Of a stretch of DNA of 64,000 bases, positions 38,801-51,655 are shown piece by piece. Source of the stretch: Raillietiella orientalis (lineage: Eukaryota); NCBI GenBank assembly GCA_036172245.1, contig JAYWIR010000018.1, positions 1,860,001-1,924,000 on the forward strand, written 5' to 3'. Every line of letters begins with the position of its first letter. Position 1 is the stretch's first letter. A program made the translations under genes and the position numbers. The notes beneath the pieces are model-generated. The model was not told where the DNA came from, made no database searches, and saw only the letters and a program-made list of their open reading frames with translations.

Positions 38801-41800
38801 GCCACGATGAGCGGCGCGGTTGGGGCGGATTCGGCCGGCGTTGCGGCGTCTGCGCGAAGGCCGAGTTCGTCTTGTGGAAGCGGTCGCTGCGGCCAGAGGG
38901 GCCGTGCGGAGCGCTTGGCGCGCGCCGCTCGCCTTGCGAAGACGGCACCACCCTCCCTGACGACTGTCGCGATCCCGTGGGCTGTGTTGGTGCATCCTTT
39001 CGTGGGATGATGCGCTCCCGCAACGCCCACGGCGCTCGATACACGGCGTTAGCGATACTCTTATTGCCGACACGCGAAGCGTCGCTGCGGTGCAGTGATC
39101 TCTGCTTTTCTGTACAACATTGTGGACCATTTCCAGAAGCGGTTCCTGTTCGAGATATGAAAACGATCTCACTGTACGACGGACACAAGGAGATCTTCGA
39201 AACTTCCGCTTGGAAATTGGTCAACTTCTTCACTATGTTATGGAGATATGGCTGGCGCATAGTTCTGGTCAACAAGTTGCTGGAAGATGCCTTGAAAGAG
39301 TTCGAGAAGTGAGTATGTAGTCAGTAACGTTTTCTGCATGACAGTGAAAAACGTTCCTCTGACCAATTGTCCACCGGAAACAGATTGAAGATATCGCAAG
39401 CTCCTTCCAAAGGGCTACGCCACGAAAAACGGCAGCGCTCTTTCTGAAACACGAATCAGGATGCTGTATGTCCACGCATTCTGCTAACGAGGCACTCCTT
39501 TCCCGATGGCGCCAATTCGGAACCGAAGTGCCAAAGGAAGACAGGATTCAAAATTTAGACGTCGTGGCAAGTGGAAGAAAACGAGCGCGATCTCCGTCGG
39601 CGCATCACATCCAGCCCTTCCGTCCGTCAACTCACGGCATTCGAACCGCGGGGCAAGGCGAAGGCTCACGAGGTGACCCCCGGGCCCGTGCTCTCCCTCA
39701 CCCACGTTCGCGCGGAAATTCGCCATAACGTAGTGGAAGCCCACAGAGTCCGCTTCCGGACGAATCCCTAGAAGGAAGCGCTGCTCACTCGTGAGCAGAC
39801 TTGCGTCTCTACGGAAACGGACGCACGCACGCCGACAGCCCGGCACCCGAGGTGTGCGTTTGAAATGCGTTCTCCCGCCGACTCGCCTCCTGCAACGCAA
39901 GATGGCTTGCCAGCGTCCTCTGCAAATGAGCAGCTCCGCCTTCGACCGAACCAACTCGGGAAGGCGCGCCCCGATGGACACCACTTGCTTCCAGCTTCGC
40001 GGACACTTCGTGTGCCCTGCACCTGTGCACTCGCGCATCAACGAACCGCGCAACACCCAGAAGGCACGAGCTACGTGCGAACAGGCCCCCGGGGTTTCGT
40101 CGAACGGATCTCCAACGCGAACGCAGCACGGAGGAAGCTTCTACGGATACAGCTCGTCCGAAGCAACAGATCGACCGTGGACGGAACGAACGGAAGATTG
40201 GATGGCGCAGTTGCTCCACGTGGAAAGAAGGACTGAGCGAGCATGTCGGCTGTGTGGGCACTCCGTGTCTCTTCGCATATGGGACGCAATCCTCCGAGCG
40301 TGTGATACACCGATTTCGCAAAGAAGGCACGTGGCTCCGGGACTGCAGCGGCACTGGCGCACCACGTGCGACGGGAAAACAGGAAGGACGGCCTCCAAAA
40401 GCACCACGACTAGCCCACCGCTTGCGCCAGCAGAGACCTCCACCGAAAGTGTCGGAGCGAATTCCCCTCGAGAAGAGGGTGACAGGCGCAATCGGAAGTA
40501 CCGCCACGGGAAACGCGCTCCTGTTCCTGGATGAGGGCAAGGTGCTTGGGCACTCGCACGCCCGCTCCTTTCCCCCAATTCGAAGTAACCTTTCCCTGGC
40601 GAAGGCCATCTTAGGATCGCTAAGAATTCACTCCCTCCCCCGCAAAGTCCTCGAGTCGAGCCGGATGGATTGCGTTTCCTTTCAGTTTCCCCTAACGATC
40701 CTGTCTAGCGATGCCTCCCGCAGATTGGGAAGAGCAAGTGGACCGAAACAGCTTGGAAGACGGCTGACCCTTCCCGCATCCAAAGATTCAGTTTGTGGAG
40801 TGATGAAATTCGGTGCCGTGCGAAGAGCAGACGTGGATTTGGGGGAAGAATGGTTCTCGTTTCCGAGGAACATGATGGTCACGGCTTGGACAAAAAGACC
40901 GTGGGCTTCCTGCCGCCATCTTGTCAGTGATTCCCTTCGCTCCTGCGCGTGGCGCATAGTCTCAGTCAGGCATCTCCTTCCTCCGACTTTGGCGCTACTC
41001 GATCCGTAACCCGTTGCAGGAACGCAAACGATTTCTGATTCCGCCCAGATTACGAATTGCCCGGGACAATCTTCTTTCCAGAATCTACGATTTTCAAGAT
41101 GCAGGATCTGGATTCGATTCCCTGGAGCACATGGTTCAAGTCTGGGATAAACATCTGAGATTTGCCGCTGATGTCGACGTAGTAAATGGTTTCTTGGAAG
41201 AAGGATTGAGTCGGAAGTTCATTGAAGAGATGGTACTCGCCACTCTCAGAGTAAACTACGGACAGGGATTGGACGTGCACAAATTTGTGGGTGAGTGAGG
41301 GTTGACTGGTGTTCTCCTTCGCACGCTTTTCTTTTCTGCGACGAGTGCGGTTGGGTTCTTGCGGCGCGGTTTCCGGTTTGGTTCCGTCTTGCGGAAGTTG
41401 CAGCACGCGAGCGTTTCCCCGGTTGCTGAGGAAACTGCGAGTGATTTCGGTGAGACGATGCGTGGTTTTCTGTTGCATTGCCTTCCTTCCAGTAGGGCGA
41501 GATGCAGGTTTGGTACGTCGGGGCGCGTGGTGTTCCTTGCACGGTGTCCAGTGCTTGTTCGCACGCACTAGGACGTGTGTGCGGCGGTGTCGAATGCGGG
41601 ACGTTGCCTTCAACGGGCGCGCATTCTCGCAGAATGGGGGTGAGATCCGGCCTGTGACCTGGATTGCGGAGATGCAGCACTCCGGCGTGACTCGGAAAAC
41701 GGCTCACTCCAGAGCTTTTGCGAACCTGGCGGATTCCGATGCGCACTCACGTGGTAGTCACGAAGGTGCGCGCCTTCCGCGGTCAGCGTTCTGCACTTTC

Positions 41801-43479
41801 CGTGCTCCTGTGCCGTTTCGCCCGGAGAGGCGTTCCAGGCTGGGTGTTGCAGAGTCTGCAGCGCCTTCAAGTGGTCACGTAGCGGCTACGGCACTTGGAA
41901 GGAAGACGAAGGGAAGACCGCGACGGCTGCACGTACCCTCGGTCGTTGTGTCCGTCACGGTTGCGCACGCGCGAGTGCGCCGATTGGTGGGCGTCGTTTG
42001 CAGGGGCGAAGGTGGCGGAGCGCGAACGCAATCCGAGTCGGGAAAGGATGCGCCGACGTGGTGGTCGGTCCGCGAGTCGGTTCTTTTTGTCCGCACGCGG
42101 GAAGCGAGTTATCCCCCTTGTCGGCGCAGGGATCGCAACGGATGGGAAACGTCCTTTGGTGTTTTCGTAAAAGGAAGATTTCAGGGCACCGAGGTTCTCT
42201 TTTGGCGGTGGTTGCAGGCCAGTGGGCATCCTGGGGTTGCTGGTTGTGGAATCAGTGAAGACGCGAACGCATAGCGAGACCTTCGGGAAAGAAGTTTCGC
42301 GAAGGTTCGCTTCGCGTTGCTGAGCTGAGCACCGCGGCGTGTGCACGATCAACGTTGGGTGTTCGGATGCCAACGTTGGGTGTTCAGCGTGTTCGTGCTT
42401 CGGACACGATGACGCGTGCATCTGCGATGCGGCGAGAAATGCAGGGGAGACGTGGTGCCCGTAGTAGTGCGGGCAGATGGAGATGCTTTTGCGACGTTGA
42501 GCGCAGACGAGGAAGCGGGAATCCTGACGGCGAGAGCTGGTGGTAAGTGTGCACTTCCCGGGGCGGGGCTGGGGTTCTTCTCTGTGCCGAGTGCAATTGG
42601 CGCGCCTTTTTTGAAACGCGCGTTCTCCGCGTGATGTCTTTTCGATTAGCATCTCTGTTTTTCAGGTTTCGTTTCCATGTCGGGATTCGCAGACGGTCTG
42701 TGGTCGGTGAAAGGAGGCAACAAGAAGATTCCAGAAGGACTTATATCTGTCTCCAATGCTACCCTCATTAGGGATCCTGTTCTTGATATCTCAAAAGATA
42801 GTACTAGTGGACTTTACTATTTGAATTCTCATCGTCTGAATGAAAGTCGCGTTGTGCAAAGTGGAAGTTACGATATTGTTATCCTGGCAGCTCCCTACAC
42901 GACTGAACACCATCAAATTAATTTTAGGCAACTGACTGCCCCACGACAAATGCGATACCACGCAACTGTGACCACCATTGTAAAAGGTGATTTGAACGCC
43001 TCTCTTTACGGCAAGAATCCTAAAAACGTGGTTGTCCAGTTGAGCCGCAACGCCAGCGAATTGAATTCCATCATCAGAGTGCATGACGTAGATGGAGAAA
43101 ACCCGGCAGCATTTTGGAAAATTTTCTCTCAGAAAGCTCTTCCAGCGAAAGAGATAAAGGATTTGTTTCCTAACCACAGTGGCTCCACTTCTTGCCGATG
43201 GTGGGCTTATCCTGAGTACTCCCATTTTCCGAAGCAGTTGGATTACAAGTTCGAGCTGGACAGTGGACTGTATCACGTCAACGCAATTGAGTGGCTGGCT
43301 AGCGCCATGGAGATGAGTGCAATCGGCGCTCGCAACGTTGTGCTATTGGCACGGGACTACTGGAATCGGCCACGTCGGCACATGCGGCCCATTCGACGCT
43401 GAAGAGATGCGGTGCGGGTGTGTACCGGATGTGAATAAAGGCAGGTCCCGAGGCGCGATGTTGCTACATTCCTCTCAGG
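35895..43479 (+). repeat. Segmental duplication unit B (direct repeat of ~10075-18333)
   Basis: See unit A. Identical spurious ORFs recur in the ORF track at constant offsets. Confidence 0.95.
37825..43402 (+). CDS. PCYOX1: Prenylcysteine oxidase 1-like, paralog B, ~478 aa; exons 37825-37930, 37984-38196, 39137-39308, 41082-41290, 42666-43402
   Basis: Exon lengths 106, 213, 172, 209, 737 (the first four equal those of A; exon 5 is one codon shorter) with the same phases. Motifs [26 protein letters not shown] and [20 protein letters not shown] are present. The frame is open throughout; AATAAA at ~43434. Confidence 0.92.
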
Positions 43480-46400
43480 AGCGCACCCGACGAGTGGAAC
43501 GTCTTCCGACCTGCCGCCAGCTCACCACAAGCAGGTGCGAAGGAGGGGAAAAACGCTTCGTTCTAAAGAAAGGGCGACGCTTTGCAGAACCATCATCGTT
43601 CGCAGGAGCGAACCGTGCGCTCGACTGGAGAGAATCTCGAACAGGAGCGGAGGTTTCGTCTGCGTAGGCGGGCTCGCCAGGGGAACACAGGGTTTCGCAC
43701 TGGGGACTGGCGGTCTCGATGACGGAGGCAGTCGAGGCCGACAGAATGCGTCCCTGAGGGTAGCACAGGCTGGGGGGGGGGGGGATATTCACCAAACTTT
43801 GGCTTTTCTCTTCGTGCACGGACCGCATAGGCAGCGCATCGAGTGCCATCCGGAGGCGTAGCTGGTGGACGCGGGGCAGCAGAAGAGAAAAATCGAGTCG
43901 AAGACCCCGAGAGCAATCTCAGGCGAACCAGCTGACCAGCCTGGGCACCAATCCCCTCTCTCGTTTCCACGCTCATGGCAGCAGAGTGGTAGGGCAGCGG
44001 CGGCGCTGCACTGCGCATCTTAGCGACCGCCAAGCACCTAAAAGGGAGGCAGGCCTCGTCCGAAGGTGGACTGAGGCGTGGACCCTTGTCATCTTATAAC
44101 GTCCGCATTCCTTCCACCTCAAACAACCACGCTATCCGGGGGGAAGTCATGGGTGGTTTGCACATCGCGGGAAGGGTCGTCCTGAAGCTGCGGAATGGAT
44201 GCGCCGCTCATCCACGGAGGCTCGACGCAATCATCGATCATGAACGGCTCTCATGATGATGAGCCTGCATTCCCACACATGGAAAGCAAGGACGCTCGGG
44301 AAAGGAATCCTCTCTCCGGGAACCAAACGAAGGAAAGCAGGGGAGTCAGGAAATGCAGGGAACTGCGCGACGGAAATCCGCACGCTTCACACTCTTTCCC
44401 GTTGCAAGAATGGACCGTGCGAGCGGCGGCGGCATCCGGAGAGCGGCGAATTCCTCCTGCACCTCCGCGGCCAGACACCATTCCCGTCGCTGGTGCGTTG
44501 GGCTCTCTACTCCCAACGACGGACGGGCGGCTGGCTATCCCGCGAGCTGTTCCAGCCGCTGCCCCTCCGCGCTCGAACGGCGACTTCCGTTTCGGCTCCG
44601 CCTTGCCTCCATGCCAACACGGTGCCGGGAACCGCCTCGCAATGCGGCGGTCTCGTCAATTTTTCACGAGGACTCCGCGCTGCGCGCACGCACCGCACCT
44701 CCGACGGGGTGTGGGGATGGGGGGGGGACAAGGGGAAGTCCGTACCACGCGCTTCCCGGAACGGCAGTCGAGTAGGCCGGAGCGTGCGAGCACGGACGCC
44801 CGCAGGCTCCGGAATGGCCAAGGTGCCTCTTCCCGCTTCGAAGGAGCTGTCAGCCTACTTCCACGAGTTTCTGCAGCGATCCACGTTCCACGGTCTGGGC
44901 CACATTTCCCGGTCCACCAGCGTGAGGTGCAAGCTGCTCTGGCTGGCCGTGGTCTCGTCGGCGCTCATCTTCTGCGTGCACGAGTCGCTGCTGCACATCT
45001 CCAGCGTGAACGAGAACGCCCAGTTCATCTACCACAGGAGCGGACGATCGGGAGCCGCGCGCGCGCTACCCGGGGCGTGCAGGTGCGGTAGGGTCGCTGA
45101 AGTTAAGCGACCCGCACCCAAAGCGATCCTGGCGACACGAGGCGGGAATCCACGGCTTCGCCTCGCTCCCGCTGCCGGACGCCGGGAAGAGCGCGTGCGA
45201 TGGACGAGTGGTGGAGCCCTAGTCCGCCGACGCCTCGCGCGGGTCACCCCGCTACGCGCCGTGACGCTGGCACGCCGCCCCAGCCACAACTCGCAGCGCC
45301 TTCCGGATCAGCGGCTTTCGCGGGTTGCCCTCCCGATCAGGGTACCAGCGGGTGTACCGATCCCCTCCTCCCCCTGCTCCTCTTTCTTCCCCTCCCCTGG
45401 CGGAACTTTGTCCCACGTGTATGTCGCACGCACCGTTGCGCTGCACGGCTCGCGTGCGTCGCCTTGAGTGAGCGACGCACGCAGCTCGCGGTCCCGTGCC
45501 ATTGGCGAGCGATTCCGCGCTCCAATCCGGCGAGACGACGCGCGCCCGAATGCAGCGAGGCAGGCACCCGCGTTCCGTGCCAGCCGCGGGCGCACCCGGA
45601 ACCGACGGAGTCCTCTGCCGCGGGTAACGTGGGCGTACTCCCACCATCCCCGTGCCCGGCCACGAAAGAAGCCACAGCGCATTTTCCACGCAGCGCCCAC
45701 CGGTCGAACCCGTCGCGGGGATGCAGGGCGCTTCGGGGAAGCATCGCGGGCATCGCGTCGAGAGGCGCCGGTAGCGGCACGTGTCGTTCCACCCCATCCG
45801 CGCGCGCCTGCGCGTCGAGAGCAGCGTCGACAACCGCCCTGCATCTCCCGCTCCAGCGACCCGCCCTTCACGCAGACGTCCCCTTCCCACCAGTCCGCCC
45901 ACTGCAAGATTTCCGCACGCCCGCGCCGCATGCCCAGGCAAATAGTCGATCGCCCTGACGACCGTCGTCGCGCTGCCAACGCGCGATGAATAATTCAAGC
46001 GACCATCCCAAGTTCGTTAGGACAACTGGGATCGGGTGCCCGGCGACCGGAGTAGGGCGCCTCTCCCGTTACCTGGATCGGGGAGGGAGCGGAGTTCCCA
46101 CGGGAACGCGCGGAAGCAGAGGACGGCCCAGGGCTCTCGCACAGACTCCAGCTCGATGTGCGGCGTGCGCCTAGGGAGCACCCCGGCGGCCGGGACGGGC
46201 GAACCGTCTCCTCTTTCGCCCGCTGCCGGCTCGCCGCGCCGACGTCGCTCGCGCGCTCCCCATCGTCCGCTCCGCTTCCGGAACGTTCTGCGTCCGGGAA
46301 CGCATTTCGGGAAGGGGATGGGGCTAAGCGGGTCTGCGGCCACTGCTGGCCAGCCTAGCACAGACCTCCCCTCGGCAATCGCTCCGTGCTCGGACAGCCG

Positions 46401-46851
46401 CCGGCCGACGAGCGCCTTCGAAGCGAGGGAGGGCGGGCGGACGCGGAAGGAAGTGGAGGAGAATGCCACGGCGAAGATGGGCTTGACGCGCACGCTGCCG
46501 CCTCCTCCCGCGGTGCGGAAAGCCCCGAGCGGCCTCCGGGGTTCCGGAAGAGGGAGGCGCATCCGCCGGGTGCAGGTGCTTCGCGGAACGGCGCCGCGCA
46601 CCAGGAACGGCTGAAGGTCGATTCTTTAGGGCGGCGAGTCTCGCACGCGACCGCTTTCCGAGGTAGGCTTGCTGGAGCCAGCAGAGCGAGCCGGGAGTTC
46701 CCATCTTCGAGACTCGCTCGCCCGCAAGGAAGCTGCGCAGTCCTTCACGCGGACTGCGGCGTGGTGTCGTGGCGAGCTGGAGGTGCGTTCGCGGGTCGGG
46801 GTCCCAGGTCGGCAACTGTCCGTGAGTCCACTCGCGAGAGAACGCTGTCGC
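38128..46851 (+). repeat. Left arm of a large inverted repeat (may extend further left; its partner is cut by the window end)
   Basis: Position x pairs with ~102126-x to 102128-x throughout (43402/58725, 41014/61114, 38130/63998, 46386/55740). Confidence 0.97.
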
Positions 46852-49214
46852 ACGGGAGGATGAGTGGTGGAAGAGGAGACGTCAGGGAAGTACGCGAGGA
46901 AGAGAAGACGCCATCCGCATGCTGCAAGGGAATATAGATGCTCATCAGAACGGCTCCAGGCGACGAATCGAAAGGAAGGCGTCGTCGATGCTGACCGCTT
47001 GACGTGATGCGCAGAGCGTGGGGGCCGCCGACACAGCGGTAGCGGAAGATCTCAGGGCACGCGGCCTCCCCCCGAAAGCGGGCGAGTAGCAGCAGCAGCA
47101 GCAGCCGACGCAGAGCGCCCGATGCAGCAGTTGGGCTCCCGTCCGCCCCGAGCCATGTGGCGATCGTGGACGCCGCCGCGCGCGGCAGGCAGCGGCGGCG
47201 AACGACAACTCGGAAACACCCGGGCATTGCCTGCAGCAGCCGGGAAATCGGCGAGCTCGGAGACTTTGTGTTTGCGTGGACGGCACCTGACCAGCGGCGT
47301 CGGAAGCGTTCAGCTGTTTTTGTTTTCCTTTTCCCTCTTCCTCTCTCCTTGCTTGCTTTCTTGCGGACCGGGAATGGGCGCCCGGGACAACTGGCTTTCC
47401 GTTCTTCGTGCGTGCTTCCGGCGGCGCAGACGGATGCGACCGCCACCTCGACGGCATCCCCAGACAAGTAGCTTCTGCACTCTTGTACGCGGCGGGACTG
47501 GCCGTTCCCACGTCCGTGGATGCAGGATGTCCGATGCGGGGTGTTCCCGCTTAGGAGGCGATGGCAGAGGGCGCCCCTTGGCGACCGGCTCAGTCCGCTA
47601 GCGCTGGCGTTTCGCAGGCGGCGGCACTCTTGAGCTCAGCGAACAGCAAGGAGCTGCCAGGGAGGACGGACTGAGTCACAGATCCCCTGTCCTCGCCTGG
47701 CGTAAGCATTCTACCCTCTCCGGGAATGCTCGTGCGGCTGACACGACTCCCGCAGAGCGGCCCCTGGGTGACGAGACCGGTCCTCCGCCCCCGCTTCCCA
47801 GTGGGCACGCGCGCTGCTGGCCGAGGTGCACCGACGGACGGGTTTCAGTTCGCGTGCGTCCTCTTTTTGCCTTTCCACCGAGGAGCTGTCGCGCAGGGCA
47901 AAGCATGGATCACGATCAGGCTCACGTCGACTGCTCGCCCGTTCGCCCACTGCACGCGACGGGAATGCCAACAACCGGTGCGACCCGTATTCGTGACGTG
48001 TGAGAGCGTCCCTCCTCGGAATAGAACGAAGCTACCCGCCCTTGAAAGGCTTCGGCGGTTCGACTGCCCCGACTGCCCGCCAATCCGTGTGCTAGGGAAT
48101 TGCGCCAGGGTGCGCCGCAGCGCTACTTTTTCAACAAACTTATTACAGAGAAACTTGTGGTCGGACCGGTGGTTCAACCACACCCAATTCAAAAGAGACC
48201 TGCCGGATCGCTGACCGGCACGTGCGTGCGGGACGATGGGTACCGGCGAAGGCGGAGGTGCCGTCGCGCGGCCACAGCGCGGTCGCATTCCTCCTTCCCG
48301 TTCTTCCTCTTCCGTACACGGAGGGCGCAGGCGGCATAGCGCACGCAGGTCCCGCGGTCGCCGGCGCTGCTGCCGCCTAAACAGCCGAGAACGCGCAGAC
48401 AACTTCGCGGGCGGTCCGACAGGCACCGCTTGCCACGCCCCCCGTTGAATGGCACTGTCTTCCCGCCGTTCTGTTGCGTGCCATCCGTCTGTCTCGTCGC
48501 GTTTCTTGCGCGCCACCATTCGGCACCAAAGGGTGGACGAACTTTGGAGGGCCCCTCCTCCCTGCTGACTCGTTGGGCGAGCGAGTGCGCTACGCCGCCG
48601 GCGATGCAGGTCCGCGAAGGTCGCGCGCAAACTTTTCGTCCGGCGCCAGGGAGCCAAACTGTGAACGGCAGCGAAGCGAACGTGGCGCGGCATGGCGTGT
48701 GCACGGTCTGCGTTTCGTATGCACCGCTCGCCACCCTGCGCGGGGTAGCGCCGCCCGCGCTCGCGCTAGCCGACTGCAGGTGCGGACACGAAAGTGGCAC
48801 CGCGGATTCTGTGCCCCACACGCATGTCGGTCGCTCGTGGTCGGCCGCATCTCGTCCGGCGCCCTGCGTGCGAAGGAGCCGACGCGACCGTCGCCAGCGC
48901 GCTCTGCTGGCGAATCGCCGCGCGGGCGACTGCGCGCCGAACGGCGCCGGGACGGACCGTGAGACGTCGATGGCCGGACGGACGGACGCACGCGTGCCCT
49001 GCAGCGGACGCAGTTCGTTGGGGCAGCTGGAATCGGAAGCCTGCCGGCAGGAGCAGGGCACTGACCGCGACGCCTCGATCGGGCGCGACCCTGGCGGGAG
49101 AGGCAAGCGGAAAGTTCGCTGCCTGTGGCAACGGCTTCCACGTCGGTGGAGAAGGAACGCCGGTCGGCCAGGTGACGGTAGGAGATAACTGCGACCCGGC
49201 TGGAGGTTTGCTGG
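44432..49214 (+). repeat. Inverted duplicate of the ENaC 5' flank, exon 1 and part of intron 1 (source 26274-30823)
   Basis: 44432-45037 pairs with 30823-30218 (sum 75255). ~45460-49214 pairs with ~30030-26274 (sum 75488-75489). Confidence 0.95.
44814..45037 (+). pseudogene. Truncated DEG/ENaC exon 1 copy lacking the exon 3' part and splice donor; no downstream exons seen
   Basis: MAKVPLPASKELSAYFHEFLQRSTFHGLGHI...NAQFIYH is identical to the intact gene. SENRDSHVAIPEVIVCTSVPVILHGNS and the GTGAGT donor are missing. Confidence 0.85.
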
Positions 49215-49231
49215 CGCAGAAGGCGGTCGAT

Positions 49232-49700
49232 TTTCACCCGGATTTCTCCGTGTCGTTTATTTAAAAATAAACTTTACAATATTAATTTCAGCGGCTTCAG
49301 CAATGCTGCAACCACGCCCGAAGAACCACGGAGCCTGCCGGGTCGCCGGTTCGCAGACCGGTACGGTCCACTAGGGCAACAGGGGAAGGGGGAAAAAGAA
49401 AAAGCTAAACAAAAAGAAAAAAAGAGTGGGAGGGTACGGGAAGGGATCACTGTTGCTGCTGGGGCCGCATCATCCTTCTCAGGATGCCGGCAAGCTCTTG
49501 CTGCATTTGAGAATCCAGGTGGGGCCATCGCGATGTCCTCCTCAGGTATTGGGAGGCGCCATGGATGGCAAGGCGGTCGACTGCGTCAACCAGGAACTCC
49601 TGGAGCTCCTGGAATGCTTCGGTCTCCCGGTGCACCTCGTGGCCTATTTGCGCGCATGCTGACGCCACGCGCTCACCTTCATCTCTTTCAGCGGCTGCCA
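49232..49700 (-). mobile_element. 3'-terminal fragment of an L1/Tx1-like element
   Basis: The ORF ends YLRRTSRWPHLDSQMQQELAGILRRMMRPQQQQ* (compare FLQRATGWSQLGRMKEDLEGILQRM). It is followed by CAGTGATCCCTTCCCGT, a T-rich UTR and TTTTAAATAAAC. Confidence 0.75.
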
Positions 49701-51655
49701 CGTGTACGGCGTGCCGGTGCGGCGGGGCATCAGGTAGGGAGACAGTTTAAGTCCGTTGCTCTTCAGCATCTTCTTTGAGTTGGTGCTGAGGTCGTACAGG
49801 CTGACGCTGGCCAGCCTGCCGAGCTCATGTCCAGATACGCCGTCCGTGGCGGCCTATGCCGATGACCTGCTTTATTTTACTCATGACCACCCCGGCGTCC
49901 ACTCTCGAGGATTTCTTCGAACTGATTCGGCGGGGAGCGGGCATGAGCGTAAACCGGAGCAAGAGCGTGGTCGTTCCTGGTGGTGCTGCGTGGTAGGGGC
50001 AGTCCGACTGGATCCGCCAGGGGATCCTGACCGCTACGTCTTTCCGATACTTAGGCGTCCCGCTGGGGAACATCAGTCCAGTGGAAGCGTGGTCGGACTG
50101 CCTTTAGAAGGCTACGAATGCTCTAAGCCCATTCCACCTTGGCAGTTTCCTCCTGCCAGAGCGGGCCTAGGTTTGGAACACCTTCGTTGTTCCCCTCTTA
50201 CGCTCCCTGTTTTTGTTTGTCCGTCCCCCTACTCGGCCAAGCTCCAGGCCTATAGCCTGTTGAGAAACTCTCTGTGGGGACTCGCGAAGTCCAGGATCCG
50301 CCTCAAAGACTTGGCGGCTCCGCGTCGGGATGCCTGCTTGGGCACCCTGACGCTGGAGAGAATCGAGCTGCAGGTGCAGTTTCGAATGTTGGCCCTGTGT
50401 GCCAACCTCTGGTCTACTCCGTGGTCCACAACTCGTGGAGTGCTCCCGCGCGCCTGCTACTGCGGCGCTGCACCAGCAGCGAAGGATTTCTCTCGCTGCT
50501 GCCGCATACGAAGCGCGCCACGAGAGGCTTCGGTTTCCCCTTGAAACCGCTTTACTGTCTCCTGGTAGCCCACGCATGGATCTCCTGCCGCCCAACGAAC
50601 TTTGACGCCTGGAGGCAGGAACCATTGCATGCCTGGGCAAAGCAACAGGATGTTTCCCTCTTGGAACTCCGTTGTGCCAACCTCTCTCAGTACTGTAAGG
50701 TGGATGAGGTCTGGAACAGCCAGGAGAAGTGGACTCGCCTGGCCGTCACGTGCTGTGGTGCGCTGTCAGCCCTCAGGGCAAGTGATGACAGCTGTCTACC
50801 GGCGAGATGGGAGGTCGCCTGCACCATCGTAGGAGCAACCCGACCCATAGGTGGCTGGAGGACTTGCGAGCTGGCAGACGCCGCCACGCCTCGCCACATC
50901 TCGAAGGGACTCCTTCGGTGGAGCAAACTCTTGAATGTGCCTCCCGAAGAACTTGTGGTCCCTCCCTCGTGCTCGAACACTTCTGTGTTCCCCTTATTGT
51001 GGAAACAGGATGTCATCCTGCTGGTGCATTGGGGTTTTTATTCCAACCAGCGGACGAACCGTGTTTCCGGGGGAGTTGCCTCCCCGAACTGCAAAAGGTG
51101 CGGAGAAGTGGAAACGCTCCCGCACCTGCTCTTGGACTGCGGTGTCCTCCAAGGACTGTGACGGAGGCTGGCATCAGCTCTCCTGCACCGGGGGACACCG
51201 CAACAGACTTGATGCGCCGCTTCTTCACGCCAGGCGGCCTGTCCTTGGGTGCTGTCATCTCAACGGTCTGTTGCACCCGCGCCATCGACAGGGCCCACCG
51301 AGAGCTGGAGAAGCAGGCGATTCGACGAACAGGCCACCGGAGTAGCCAACGAGAACGTGACGTCGGCTGCCGAGCGGGCCAATCTTCCGGAAAACGTGAG
51401 GAGCGAGATCTCCGGCATCCTCGCCGGTTCTGAAGGAAAGGAACGGCCGAAACCAAAGACCCCTGTCCCCTACCCTCCCCATATTTTTATTTCTATTTTT
51501 TTATATGTGTATTTGTGGTCCCTTCCCTCCCGTTCCGGACTTTTGGTTTACTGACCTGCTTGTCGGGGATCCTGTCCTTCGTTTTTTCTGTGTCCTTTGT
51601 CCGGGAACCCTGTTCCTGGATAGTTTAGTAATAAACTCCCGGCGCACCCAGGTGG
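49700..51655 (+). mobile_element. 5'-truncated, inactivated L1/Tx1-like non-LTR retrotransposon (RT core to 3' end)
   Basis: GIR*GDSLSPLLF (QG motif destroyed by TAG at 49735-49737); AYADDL at ~49852; FRYLGVPLG ~50040; RLKDLAAPRRDACLG; intact CKRCGEVETLPHLLLDC ~51089. Several frameshifts, a T-rich UTR and AATAAAC at ~51630. Confidence 0.9.

Noticed and set aside
44253..45467. 404-aa ORF (and its mirror 56659-57873) as a novel ENaC fusion protein
   Set aside because: Only ~74 residues are ENaC; the rest is read-through of flank and intron in GC-rich sequence.
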